A stretch of 64,000 nucleotides of DNA from Acidimicrobiia bacterium (GTDB lineage: Bacteria > Actinomycetota > Acidimicrobiia > Spongiisociales > SHLN01): NCBI GenBank assembly GCA_041619515.1, contig JBFKDW010000002.1, positions 53,369-117,368 on the forward strand, read 5' to 3'. Shown in pieces: positions 56,720-64,000 of the stretch. The position numbers and the translations under genes were made by a program. Every line of letters begins with the position of its first letter. Position 1 is the stretch's first letter. The notes beneath the pieces were generated by a model, which worked only from the letters and a program-made list of their open reading frames with translations, was not told where the DNA came from and did no database searches.

Positions 56720-57250
56720 ATGCACGATGATGCGTTCAATCTGGCGATGCTCATACTCCGGGCCGGCCTCGGCGTCATCTTCCTGGCTCACGGAATAAAA
56801 CACGCCGGAGGCCGGGAAAAGACCACGAGCTGGTTTGCCTGGCTCGGCTTCAGGAACGCCCCGCTCCAGTGGCTCTTGTCCACGGTGACCGAGATCGGCG
56901 CCGGCACCCTGCTGATTCTGGGCCTGCTCAACAGCCTGGCAGCAGCCGGTGTCGTCGGGATCATGACGGTGGCGTTCTGGACCGTGCATCGACGCGCCGG
57001 GTTCTTCATCACCGCCTTCATGAAGGAGGACATCGAGGTGGAGGGGTGGGAGTACGTGTTCACCCTGGCCTTTGCGGCAGCGGCCCTCGCCATCGCCGGT
57101 CCCGGGGACTGGTCACTCGACTACCAGCTCGGCATCGACCACATCTTCGATGCTTGGATCGGCGTGATGTTCGTAGCCGGAGCCGTTGTCGTCTCTGCGC
57201 TTCAGCTTGCCACCTTCTGGCGGCCCGGAGCCGGCGCCGAGCAGGCCTGA
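56720..57250 (+). CDS. DoxX family membrane protein
   Basis: LILRAGLGVIFLAHGIKH DoxX signature with four TM segments. GGAGG SD. Confidence 0.75.
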   Translation: MHDDAFNLAMLILRAGLGVIFLAHGIKHAGGREKTTSWFAWLGFRNAPLQWLLSTVTEIGAGTLLILGLLNSLAAAGVVGIMTVAFWTVHRRAGFFITAFMKEDIEVEGWEYVFTLAFAAAALAIAGPGDWSLDYQLGIDHIFDAWIGVMFVAGAVVVSALQLATFWRPGAGAEQA

Positions 57251-57258
57251 AACGGCCC

Positions 57259-57552
57259 ATGGAACGGGTGTTCACCGAAGCCGCAATGGAGGTCCTGAAC
57301 CAGCTCGCCCCCGGTGAAGTGGTGAGCTACGGAGAGGTGGCCGAGCAGGCGGGGTATCCGGGAGCAGCCCGAGCGGTGGGCAATCTCCTCAGGGACCGGG
57401 ACGGGCTCCCGTGGTGGCGCGTGGTCGCCGCCGATGGCCGGCTCGCTCCCGGTCACGAGACCCGCCAGGCACGCTTGCTTCGCGCCGAGGGAGTCGTCGT
57501 CCGGGACGGCAGGGTGGCCGGCGGCCATGACGTCTCCCGTCGCCGCCACTGA
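57259..57552 (+). CDS. Alkyltransferase-like (ATL) / MGMT-family DNA-binding protein lacking the acceptor cysteine
   Basis: PWWRVV replaces the MGMT PCHRV active-site motif. 97 aa. The HTH region GEVVSYGEVAEQAGYPGAARAVG is present. Confidence 0.7.
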   Translation: MERVFTEAAMEVLNQLAPGEVVSYGEVAEQAGYPGAARAVGNLLRDRDGLPWWRVVAADGRLAPGHETRQARLLRAEGVVVRDGRVAGGHDVSRRRH

Positions 57553-57606
57553 GGGGACCGTCCGGGACTTGCCGGGCTCCCACCGGCGTCACATGCCGAC
57601 CCGGTC

Positions 57607-58737
57607 TCAGTACCTGAGGACCGCCGCCAGTTGTCCGTCGCCCGGCACCTCCTCTGGTGGAACTGCGAACACCGTCCCGCCGTGCAACCAGGCCTGGGCG
57701 GCGGCGGCGTCCAGGAGGTCGATGTCTCCGGCCTGAGCCTGCTCATGGATATGGATGGCCTCGGTGGTTTCGTCCCAGGTTCCCCACAGATGTTCTCCCA
57801 CCGCGGCGAACAACGTGTCGACCCGCCCACGGTGCGCAGCCCGGATCGCTCGCTTTACGTCGGAGGTGCCGTTGGGAGTGTCGGCCACTGCCAGGTAGCG
57901 AGCCTTGGCCTGGTCTCGTGCCTGGAGAAACAGCGGCGCCACGATGTCCCAGGCTCGGGCGTGGAGCTGTTCGACACTGACGTGCTCGGGGCTGCCAACC
58001 ACCCCGTTCGCCAGGACGTGCGGATACTCAGTCACTTCCCGGTAGAGCGGGAGCAGGTAGTCGACGCCCGCCAGCACCAGCGGAGCCCGCTCCTCGCGGA
58101 GGATCTCGTGCAAGCCTGCGTCGATGAGCCGGAAATACCGCTTGATGTCGTCCTTCGGATCATCCTTGCCGAGGCCCTGGCCGTGGAATATTGCCCGGGT
58201 TCGCCCACCCCCGTGCGACTGGAGGGAAGGCTCGCGGTCGTCGTATTTGAGCGCGTCGCGCAGGCTGGCAGGGACGCCGTCGAGGTGCACCTCGCCGACC
58301 GAGAAGCGCCCGCCCCTGAACAGCTTCACGTACTTCTGGCTCAGGCCCAGCACGTAGAAATGTTCCCCGGAGGCCATCATCGGGAGCAACGGCTTGAGGT
58401 GGAAGTGGTCGGCTACGACGACCAGGTTCTCGAAGGGGACCGGCAGCGTATATGACTCTGCAAAGCCCGGGCTGAGGAACAACGCGAGGCCGTCGCCCTG
58501 GTGGCGCCAGAATGCGCCGTCGGCTTCCAGGTCGCGAGCCGGCTTTGTGATCGATTCCACCGAGCGGATACCGAGATCACTCAGGCGCTGTTCTGCCTCG
58601 CGCACCAGGTTCTTGAGCCGAATCGGGTTTTGCTGCACCTCGCGACCCGCGCGCTCGGTGGGTAGAAAAATCGAAACACAGGGCTGTGCCTGTGTTCTGA
58701 GGAGACTCTCGAGGTCCGGCCGGTCGAAAATGTCCAT
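57607..58737 (-). CDS. Hypothetical protein, Rv2629-like / eRF1-domain-like (baeRF-type) family candidate
   Basis: 376 aa. Recognition is by overall family memory only, with low certainty. Contains a GGG...HGQG segment. Confidence 0.45.
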   Translation of the reverse strand: MDIFDRPDLESLLRTQAQPCVSIFLPTERAGREVQQNPIRLKNLVREAEQRLSDLGIRSVESITKPARDLEADGAFWRHQGDGLALFLSPGFAESYTLPVPFENLVVVADHFHLKPLLPMMASGEHFYVLGLSQKYVKLFRGGRFSVGEVHLDGVPASLRDALKYDDREPSLQSHGGGRTRAIFHGQGLGKDDPKDDIKRYFRLIDAGLHEILREERAPLVLAGVDYLLPLYREVTEYPHVLANGVVGSPEHVSVEQLHARAWDIVAPLFLQARDQAKARYLAVADTPNGTSDVKRAIRAAHRGRVDTLFAAVGEHLWGTWDETTEAIHIHEQAQAGDIDLLDAAAAQAWLHGGTVFAVPPEEVPGDGQLAAVLRY

Positions 58738-58804
58738 GCAACGCCTCTCGTTCGCTTCACACCAACACTACCCCTGTACCGAACGACCAAGATAGGCCGG
58801 CGGC

Positions 58805-59323
58805 TCAGCCGGGACGGCCAACCTTGACGACGTAGGTCTTCGCCGCCTTGTCGTGAAGCCCCTGCCGTTTGGAATCCAGGATGAACCAGATTCCGACGAC
58901 AAAGGAAATGCCGAGGCCGAACAGCAGGTCGGGGATGAGGATGGGCGGGATGGCCAGCACCCCCCACCGCAGGGTGGCAGCTTTGGCAGCAACGGCGTCC
59001 TCCCCGGCCACCGGGACCACCTTGATCCTCGTGACCATCTTCCCAAGGGTTTGGCCGCGGTTGACGACGAGCAGGACCTCATACACACCCCAGATGATGA
59101 GTGGCACCCAGCGCAAGATCGCCGCCCCCCCGTCGGGCAATGTGAGCGTTTCCGGATCGTCGGTGAGCTCGATGTCGTAGGCCATCACAACGAGAATGAG
59201 CGTCACGATGAACGTGGAGAACCCGATGGCGGCATCGATGAGCCGGGCGCCCAGCCGTGTGCCGGGCGTGGCGAGCTCGAATTCCAGCTGATCGTCGGGC
59301 TGTTCTGGAATCGGTTCCATCAC
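58805..59323 (-). CDS. RDD family membrane protein
   Basis: Motifs GARLIDAAI...GQTLGK...GLHDK (R-D-D positions) with TM segments. Confidence 0.7.
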   Translation of the reverse strand: MMEPIPEQPDDQLEFELATPGTRLGARLIDAAIGFSTFIVTLILVVMAYDIELTDDPETLTLPDGGAAILRWVPLIIWGVYEVLLVVNRGQTLGKMVTRIKVVPVAGEDAVAAKAATLRWGVLAIPPILIPDLLFGLGISFVVGIWFILDSKRQGLHDKAAKTYVVKVGRPG

Positions 59324-59361
59324 GTGTGCTCCCGGGTCAATTGCGGCCCCAGGGCGAGACC

Positions 59362-60363
59362 CTAGCTGCCCGCTTCGGGCAACGCCTCTTCGTCCAGCTC
59401 ATCCCGGGCGCTGATCGCCCAGGCTAGGCCGTCGGCTTCGTCGCAGGCGGCCACACCGAGGTGCCATCCACCGATCTGCCGGTGCGGCTCCCAGCGCCAC
59501 CAGTCCAACCCGGCCCCGGCCGACGCCACCCGGGCCGGGTCGGGTGGCCAGTCCAGGTCGGCCAGAGCCGCCACGACCGCCCAGGCCGAGGAACGCCCGA
59601 CCGCCCCGCCGCGTCGCGAGCCGTAGGCGCCGCCGTTGGCTCCTGCCCAGGCCATCACGCCGAGCGCATCGGCGAACGCCACCCGGGCACCGGTTGCCGG
59701 GCCGTGTGAGACTGCTGCAATCGCATCCAGGGCGGTCCCCTCGACGGTGGCTACGTGGGCAATGCCGTTCGACTCCTCCACCCAGGTCCGCACGAGCCCG
59801 AACAAGGCGTCCTCGCTCTCCGGGTCGTCGGCCGGGGCGGGATTCTCACCTCCCCGCAGCGGCTCGAGCCCGATGGGGTCGGGCGCCGGAAAGTCTGCCC
59901 GGTCGGATCGATACTCGGCCTGGGGGTAAGCCGGCTCCCAGGGTAGGAGCGCAAACGGGGTGCCGAGAACGTGGCCGTCGAGGGCGCCGGTAACCAATTC
60001 CCCCCGCAGAACCCGCTCGGCGGCCACCAGCGCCCGCATGCGGGGTGATTCCAGGTGGGGATCGAGTGCCGCCCACGTGTGGGTGGAAGCGGCTACTTCC
60101 CACAGCGGGCCGAGAGCGAAACGGCCGGCACCATCGACGAGAACCGCTGCCGCCAGCTCGGCGGGAGCCTCGAGGGCCTGGCGGTAATCAACGAATTGGA
60201 CCACACCGAACAGCTGCCTCCCCCGCGATTCGGCCTGCAGGCATCGTTCTCGCACCTCCGCCAGGCCGTCCCATTCCCGGGCGGCGCACAAACCGTCGAT
60301 GAACCTGATCAGGCCGTCGAAATCGCTCGCGTCGATGAGGTCGAGGAGCCGGGCGCGATCCAC
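59362..60363 (-). CDS. Hypothetical protein
   Basis: Intact 333-aa ORF with Trp/Ala-rich sequence and no recognised motifs. Confidence 0.45.
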   Translation of the reverse strand: MDRARLLDLIDASDFDGLIRFIDGLCAAREWDGLAEVRERCLQAESRGRQLFGVVQFVDYRQALEAPAELAAAVLVDGAGRFALGPLWEVAASTHTWAALDPHLESPRMRALVAAERVLRGELVTGALDGHVLGTPFALLPWEPAYPQAEYRSDRADFPAPDPIGLEPLRGGENPAPADDPESEDALFGLVRTWVEESNGIAHVATVEGTALDAIAAVSHGPATGARVAFADALGVMAWAGANGGAYGSRRGGAVGRSSAWAVVAALADLDWPPDPARVASAGAGLDWWRWEPHRQIGGWHLGVAACDEADGLAWAISARDELDEEALPEAGS

Positions 60364-60364
60364 G

Positions 60365-61540
60365 TCAGTTGCGGGGCACCTCGGACCAGGGAAGATCCTT
60401 GTCGGTGCGGGGCTCGCCGGGGAGGCCGAGCACCCGCTCGCCGAGGATGTTCTTCATGATCTCGGTGGTCCCACCTTCGATCGAATTGGCCCGAGAGCGA
60501 AGGAAAGACCATCGCAGGTCCCGGTCGGATCTCATCTCCGTGGGGGCGGTGAATTCGTACGACGGGAACAACATCCCCTCCGGCCCCAGATAGTTGATCG
60601 CCCATTCGTAGATCGCTTTGTTCAACTCGGCACCATGCAGCTTGCCGGTCGAGCCTTCAGGGCCGGGCGTGCCCTTGGTTCGGTTCTGCCCGGCGCGGAT
60701 GGCCGTGAGGCGGTTCACCTCGGCCTCGATCCACAGCCTCGTGAGCGCATCGAGCGCCACCGGATCCTCGCCGCCGCGCTCGTTCCACAGAGCGACCGCG
60801 TCACCGATGGCCCCACTCCCGCGGGGGCGCACCATGCCCCCGATCGCCACCCGCTCGTTCATGAGCGTGGTGAGGGCGACACGCCATCCATCGCCGACTC
60901 CGCCGAGCCGCCGGTCGTCGGGAATCCGGACGTCCGTCAAGTACACCTCGTTGAACTCCGCCTCTCCCGTCATCTGCCTGAGGGGCCGAACCTCCACGCC
61001 CGGGGATTCCATATCCAGGATGAAGTACGTCATGCCCTGGTGCTTGGGGGCATTCGGGTCGGTGCGGGTGACGAGCATCCCCCAGCGAGCGAGATGGGCG
61101 ATCGTGGTCCAGACCTTCTGTCCGTTCACCACCCATTCGTCACCGTCACGGATCGCGCGGGTAGCGAGACCGGCGACGTCGCTGCCTGCTCCCGGTTCGG
61201 AGAACAGCTGGCACCAGTATTCGCGCGTGGCGAACATGGGCCGCAAGTAACGGTGCTTCTGGTCGTCGGTGCCGTAGGCGTGAATGGTCGGCCCGCCCAT
61301 CCCGATGCCGATCAGGTTGCCGGCGACGTTGTCGCGGCTGGATCCCGCCGCCTCGAGCTCGGCGTCGACGAGCTGCTGGAGGCCCGGCTCCACCCCGAGG
61401 CCCCCGAACCCGTCCTCGAACTGAACCCAGGCAAGGCCGGCGTCGTACTGGGCTTCCCAGAATTCCTCGGGCGGCTCGACCGAGGGATCGTGCTCAGCCA
61501 GGAGCCGATCGATGGCCGCACGCACAGTTGATTCGCTCAC
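60365..61540 (-). CDS. Acyl-CoA dehydrogenase family protein
   Basis: ACAD middle and C-terminal domain motifs (YWCQLFSEPGAGSD, GMTYFILD, ...IEGGTTEIMKNIL). Confidence 0.85.
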   Translation of the reverse strand: MSESTVRAAIDRLLAEHDPSVEPPEEFWEAQYDAGLAWVQFEDGFGGLGVEPGLQQLVDAELEAAGSSRDNVAGNLIGIGMGGPTIHAYGTDDQKHRYLRPMFATREYWCQLFSEPGAGSDVAGLATRAIRDGDEWVVNGQKVWTTIAHLARWGMLVTRTDPNAPKHQGMTYFILDMESPGVEVRPLRQMTGEAEFNEVYLTDVRIPDDRRLGGVGDGWRVALTTLMNERVAIGGMVRPRGSGAIGDAVALWNERGGEDPVALDALTRLWIEAEVNRLTAIRAGQNRTKGTPGPEGSTGKLHGAELNKAIYEWAINYLGPEGMLFPSYEFTAPTEMRSDRDLRWSFLRSRANSIEGGTTEIMKNILGERVLGLPGEPRTDKDLPWSEVPRN

Positions 61541-61560
61541 GGCCCCAACCTAGTGGGTGG

Positions 61561-61938
61561 CTAGACGATCGCGGCTTTTGCGGCATCCGCGTCGGCGACT
61601 GCGATGGCCAGCTCGATCTCGTCGCCACGGGTATGGAGAACGTACATCCCGTCGATGTTGACCCCGGCGTCGGCCAGGCTCTGCGTCAGAGCCGCCAGGG
61701 CTCCGGGCCGGTGCGAAAGGACGGTGGTGAGCACACGGCGTTCCTCGGCGACGAGCCCGGCGTCGCTGATGACCCGCCTGGCACCTTCGGCATCACCCAC
61801 CACCAAGCGGACGATGCCGATTTCCCCGAGACCGAAGGCGGCAAGCGCCTCGATGTTGACTCCGCCATCCGACATCACTTTGGCGAGACCGGCCAACTGG
61901 CCGGGGCGGTTGGCGAGGTGGATGGTGAACTCAGTCAT
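61561..61938 (-). CDS. ACT domain (tandem) small regulatory protein
   Basis: Two betaalphabeta-beta-alphabeta-like repeats (EFTIHLANRPGQLAGLAKVMSDGGVNIEAL and RRVLTTVLSHRPGALAALTQSLADAGVNIDGM). Confidence 0.6.
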   Translation of the reverse strand: MTEFTIHLANRPGQLAGLAKVMSDGGVNIEALAAFGLGEIGIVRLVVGDAEGARRVISDAGLVAEERRVLTTVLSHRPGALAALTQSLADAGVNIDGMYVLHTRGDEIELAIAVADADAAKAAIV

Positions 61939-62018
61939 GGCTTCTCTTGCCTCCAACTGTATCCCCTTCAGGAACAGCGTGTCGCCGGGAGTACCATCAA
62001 TGTCGACGAGGAGCACCC

Positions 62019-63590
62019 GTGGCCGACACTCATTACGAACGACTGTCTTTTCTGGACAGCACCTTCCTGGCGATGGAGGATCGCAACGCCCACTTTCATG
62101 TGGCCGGGGTCATGAAGTTCGCCCCAGGAGGGCTCCGGGCCCCAGACGGTTCCGTGGACATAGACCGCATCAAAGCCCACATCGAGTCCAAGCTGCACCG
62201 GATCCCCCGCTATCGGCAGGTGCTCGATTGGGTCCCGGTCGAAGAGCATCCCGTGTGGGTGGACGACGCGTTCTTCGACATCGACTATCACGTGCGTCGC
62301 GCCACCGTGACGAAAGAGCGGGACGACGTCGAGCTCCAGCGGCTCACCGGCACCATCTTCTCGCAGAAACTCGACCGGTTCCGACCTCTGTGGGAGGTGT
62401 GGGTAGTAGATGGCTTCGAGGACGACAGCATCGCACTGATAACCAAGGTGCACCATTGCATGATCGACGGCATGGCCGGGGTCGACCTCATGAAAGAGCT
62501 CCTTTCCCCCTTTCCCGTGGTCGACATCCCCGAGCCGCCTCCGTATGAGCCGCGGCCCAGCCCCTCCAAAGCCGAGCTGCTGGCCGACGAGGCCAAGCGG
62601 CGGATCGCGCTTCCCGTGCATGCCCTGCGGAGCTTCCGGCACCTGAGTGACAGTGTCAGCGGCCTGATCGACGAGGTCGACACCCGGCTGCGTGCCATGG
62701 GCAACGCCCTCGGCGCCGGATGGTTGAAGAATGCTTCCAAGACGCCACTCAACGCCCGCATCGGACCAAACCGTGAGTTCAGGTGGATGAAGGTGGACCT
62801 CCAGGATGCCAAGGCTGTGAAGAACTCATTCGGCGGCACGATCAACGACGTCGTCCTCTCAACGGTGGCGGGCGCCGTTCGCAAGTACCTGCTCGCCCAT
62901 GACGTGCGCGTCGACGATCTCGACTTCCGGGTCATGGCGCCGGTGAGTGTGCGCAGCGAAGGGGATCAGAGCCTCGGCAACCAGGTAGCGATGTGGCTGC
63001 TCGACCTGCCGATCGATCTGAAGACGCCCCGTCGCCGCTACGCCCGGGTAGCCGAGCAAACCGAGGAGCTGAAGGAGACGAACCAGGCATTGGGAGCCTC
63101 GCTGCTGGTCCAGGCGACATCGTGGACTCCCTCGACCATCCTCACGTCGGCGATGCGCTTGACGGGAACCGCGATGCGGCCGTTCAACATGACCGTGACC
63201 AACGTGCCGGGCCCGCAGATACCCATCTACTTCCTGGACGCGCTCCTCGAGGTGCAGTACCCGATGGTTCCCCTCTGGACCAACCACGGAGTCGGGATCG
63301 CACTGTTCTCCTATAACGGTGAGATCGCCTGGGGAGTGGTGGCAGATTCGGACTCCGTCACCGACCTCGACCGCTTCATGCGATACCTGGATGAGGCATT
63401 CAGGGAGCTGGTCCATGCCGCCAAACCGAAGCCGCCCCGCAAGCCGCGTCGGCAGTCCGGCACCAGCGAGCCGACGAAGCAGCCGAAACAGCCGGCGGCC
63501 GCCAAGCGGTCCTCTGCCAAGAAGCCGGCAACGCCCAAACCAGCGGCCAAGAAGAAGGCGTCTGCCCGGGGCACGGCAACGAAGCCCTAG
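62019..63590 (+). CDS. Wax ester synthase/diacylglycerol acyltransferase (WS/DGAT) with Lys/Pro/Ala-rich basic C-terminal tail; GTG start
   Basis: Catalytic HHCMIDGMAG (HHxxxDG). N-terminal ERLSFLDSTFL. Tail KPKPPRKPRRQ...KKPATPKPAAKKKASARG. Confidence 0.8.
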   Translation: MADTHYERLSFLDSTFLAMEDRNAHFHVAGVMKFAPGGLRAPDGSVDIDRIKAHIESKLHRIPRYRQVLDWVPVEEHPVWVDDAFFDIDYHVRRATVTKERDDVELQRLTGTIFSQKLDRFRPLWEVWVVDGFEDDSIALITKVHHCMIDGMAGVDLMKELLSPFPVVDIPEPPPYEPRPSPSKAELLADEAKRRIALPVHALRSFRHLSDSVSGLIDEVDTRLRAMGNALGAGWLKNASKTPLNARIGPNREFRWMKVDLQDAKAVKNSFGGTINDVVLSTVAGAVRKYLLAHDVRVDDLDFRVMAPVSVRSEGDQSLGNQVAMWLLDLPIDLKTPRRRYARVAEQTEELKETNQALGASLLVQATSWTPSTILTSAMRLTGTAMRPFNMTVTNVPGPQIPIYFLDALLEVQYPMVPLWTNHGVGIALFSYNGEIAWGVVADSDSVTDLDRFMRYLDEAFRELVHAAKPKPPRKPRRQSGTSEPTKQPKQPAAAKRSSAKKPATPKPAAKKKASARGTATKP

Positions 63591-63604
63591 GGGCCCGGCT
63601 CGCC

Positions 63605-64000
63605 CTAGACGAGCCGCACCACCGTGCCGGCGCGAAATACGCCGGCCGGCATCTCGAGGCCGAGCGTGCGGTAGAGCGCCGGTGGCACGGAGATATCGGC
63701 CAGGTAGAGCTCACCCACCTCGGGGGCCGCCAGCAGCCCGCTCTTGGGGGCGGCCAGCGTCAGCGTGGCCGCCGCCGCCACACACGGAGTGGCCGGCTCA
63801 CCGGTGGTCACGTCCAGCCCGCTCGGTGTGTCGAGCGAAAGAACCGGTGACGCCTGGCGGTTCGACCAGGCGATGAGCTCGGCGACCCTCCCCCGCGGGT
63901 CTCCCCGCAGGGAATAGCCGATGAGAGCGTCGATCACCAGATCAGTGTCGGCAGCAGGCTCCTCGAGTAATTCGAGACCGAGGCGCTCGAGGATGTCGAG
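63605..64000 (-). CDS. NAD(P)H-hydrate epimerase (YjeF N-terminal domain) C-terminal part; gene continues beyond the window end
   Basis: VIDALIGYSLRG matches the YjeF_N DAL(F/I)GTGL motif. No upstream in-frame stop up to nt 64000. Confidence 0.6.
   Translation of the reverse strand, partial: LDILERLGLELLEEPAADTDLVIDALIGYSLRGDPRGRVAELIAWSNRQASPVLSLDTPSGLDVTTGEPATPCVAAAATLTLAAPKSGLLAAPEVGELYLADISVPPALYRTLGLEMPAGVFRAGTVVRLV

Noticed and set aside
63587-63608. Hairpin CTAGGG-N10-CCCTAG between the convergent WS/DGAT and YjeF_N genes
   Set aside because: 6-bp stem created largely by the two TAG stop codons. Too weak to call a terminator.
1-64000. Mobile elements, CRISPR arrays, tRNA or rRNA genes
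   Set aside because: No transposase, integrase or recombinase-like ORFs were seen. There are no regularly spaced direct repeats. No cloverleaf-like AT-richer islands were seen by eye, but tRNAs cannot be fully excluded without a covariance-model scan.

Overview
High-GC (~68%) actinobacterial-type chromosomal window. F420-linked enzymes, lipoproteins with long Thr/Gly-rich linkers and ATGA/GTGA-coupled operons suggest a marine Actinobacteria/Acidimicrobiia-like genome. No rRNA, tRNA, CRISPR or mobile element was found by eye. The window is a dense catabolic/transport accessory region and contains the following.

- Two Liv-type ABC uptake systems: one partial (the two permease genes in view at the 5' edge) and one complete (SBP-LivH-LivM-LivG-LivF).
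- A LacI-family regulator. A 14-bp palindrome TGCAAACGTTTGCA-like motif recurs five times in promoter regions.
- Two divergent paralogous bicupin genes.
- A tightly coupled operon encoding an M24 creatinase-like protein and TPP-dependent E1 alpha and beta subunits, with no E2.
- An OsmC-family gene whose peroxidatic cysteine codon is an in-frame TGA (candidate selenoprotein), followed by a short upstream ORF (uORF), a hairpin and a peroxiredoxin.
- A divergent gene island of about 10 kb: two creatininase-family enzymes, a PfkB kinase, a class II aldolase, Zn-ADH, 2-hydroxyacid dehydrogenase, Gfo/Idh/MocA, HIBADH, two cupins, an FAH-family hydratase and an F420 LLM.
- A CUT2-type ABC operon with two cytosine-deaminase-like amidohydrolases, one of them translationally fused to a permease.
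- A Dpp/Opp-type peptide ABC operon whose first ATPase carries a DnaJ-type CxxCxGxG x4 zinc-finger insertion.
- Two ABC exporters flanking a GbsR-type regulator that has a composite inverted-repeat operator.
- Miscellaneous genes: DoxX, alkyltransferase-like ATL, an Rv2629/eRF1-like protein, RDD, acyl-CoA dehydrogenase, ACT, and a WS/DGAT with a histone-like basic tail.

All functional calls are from motif and family recognition by eye. No database search was run.
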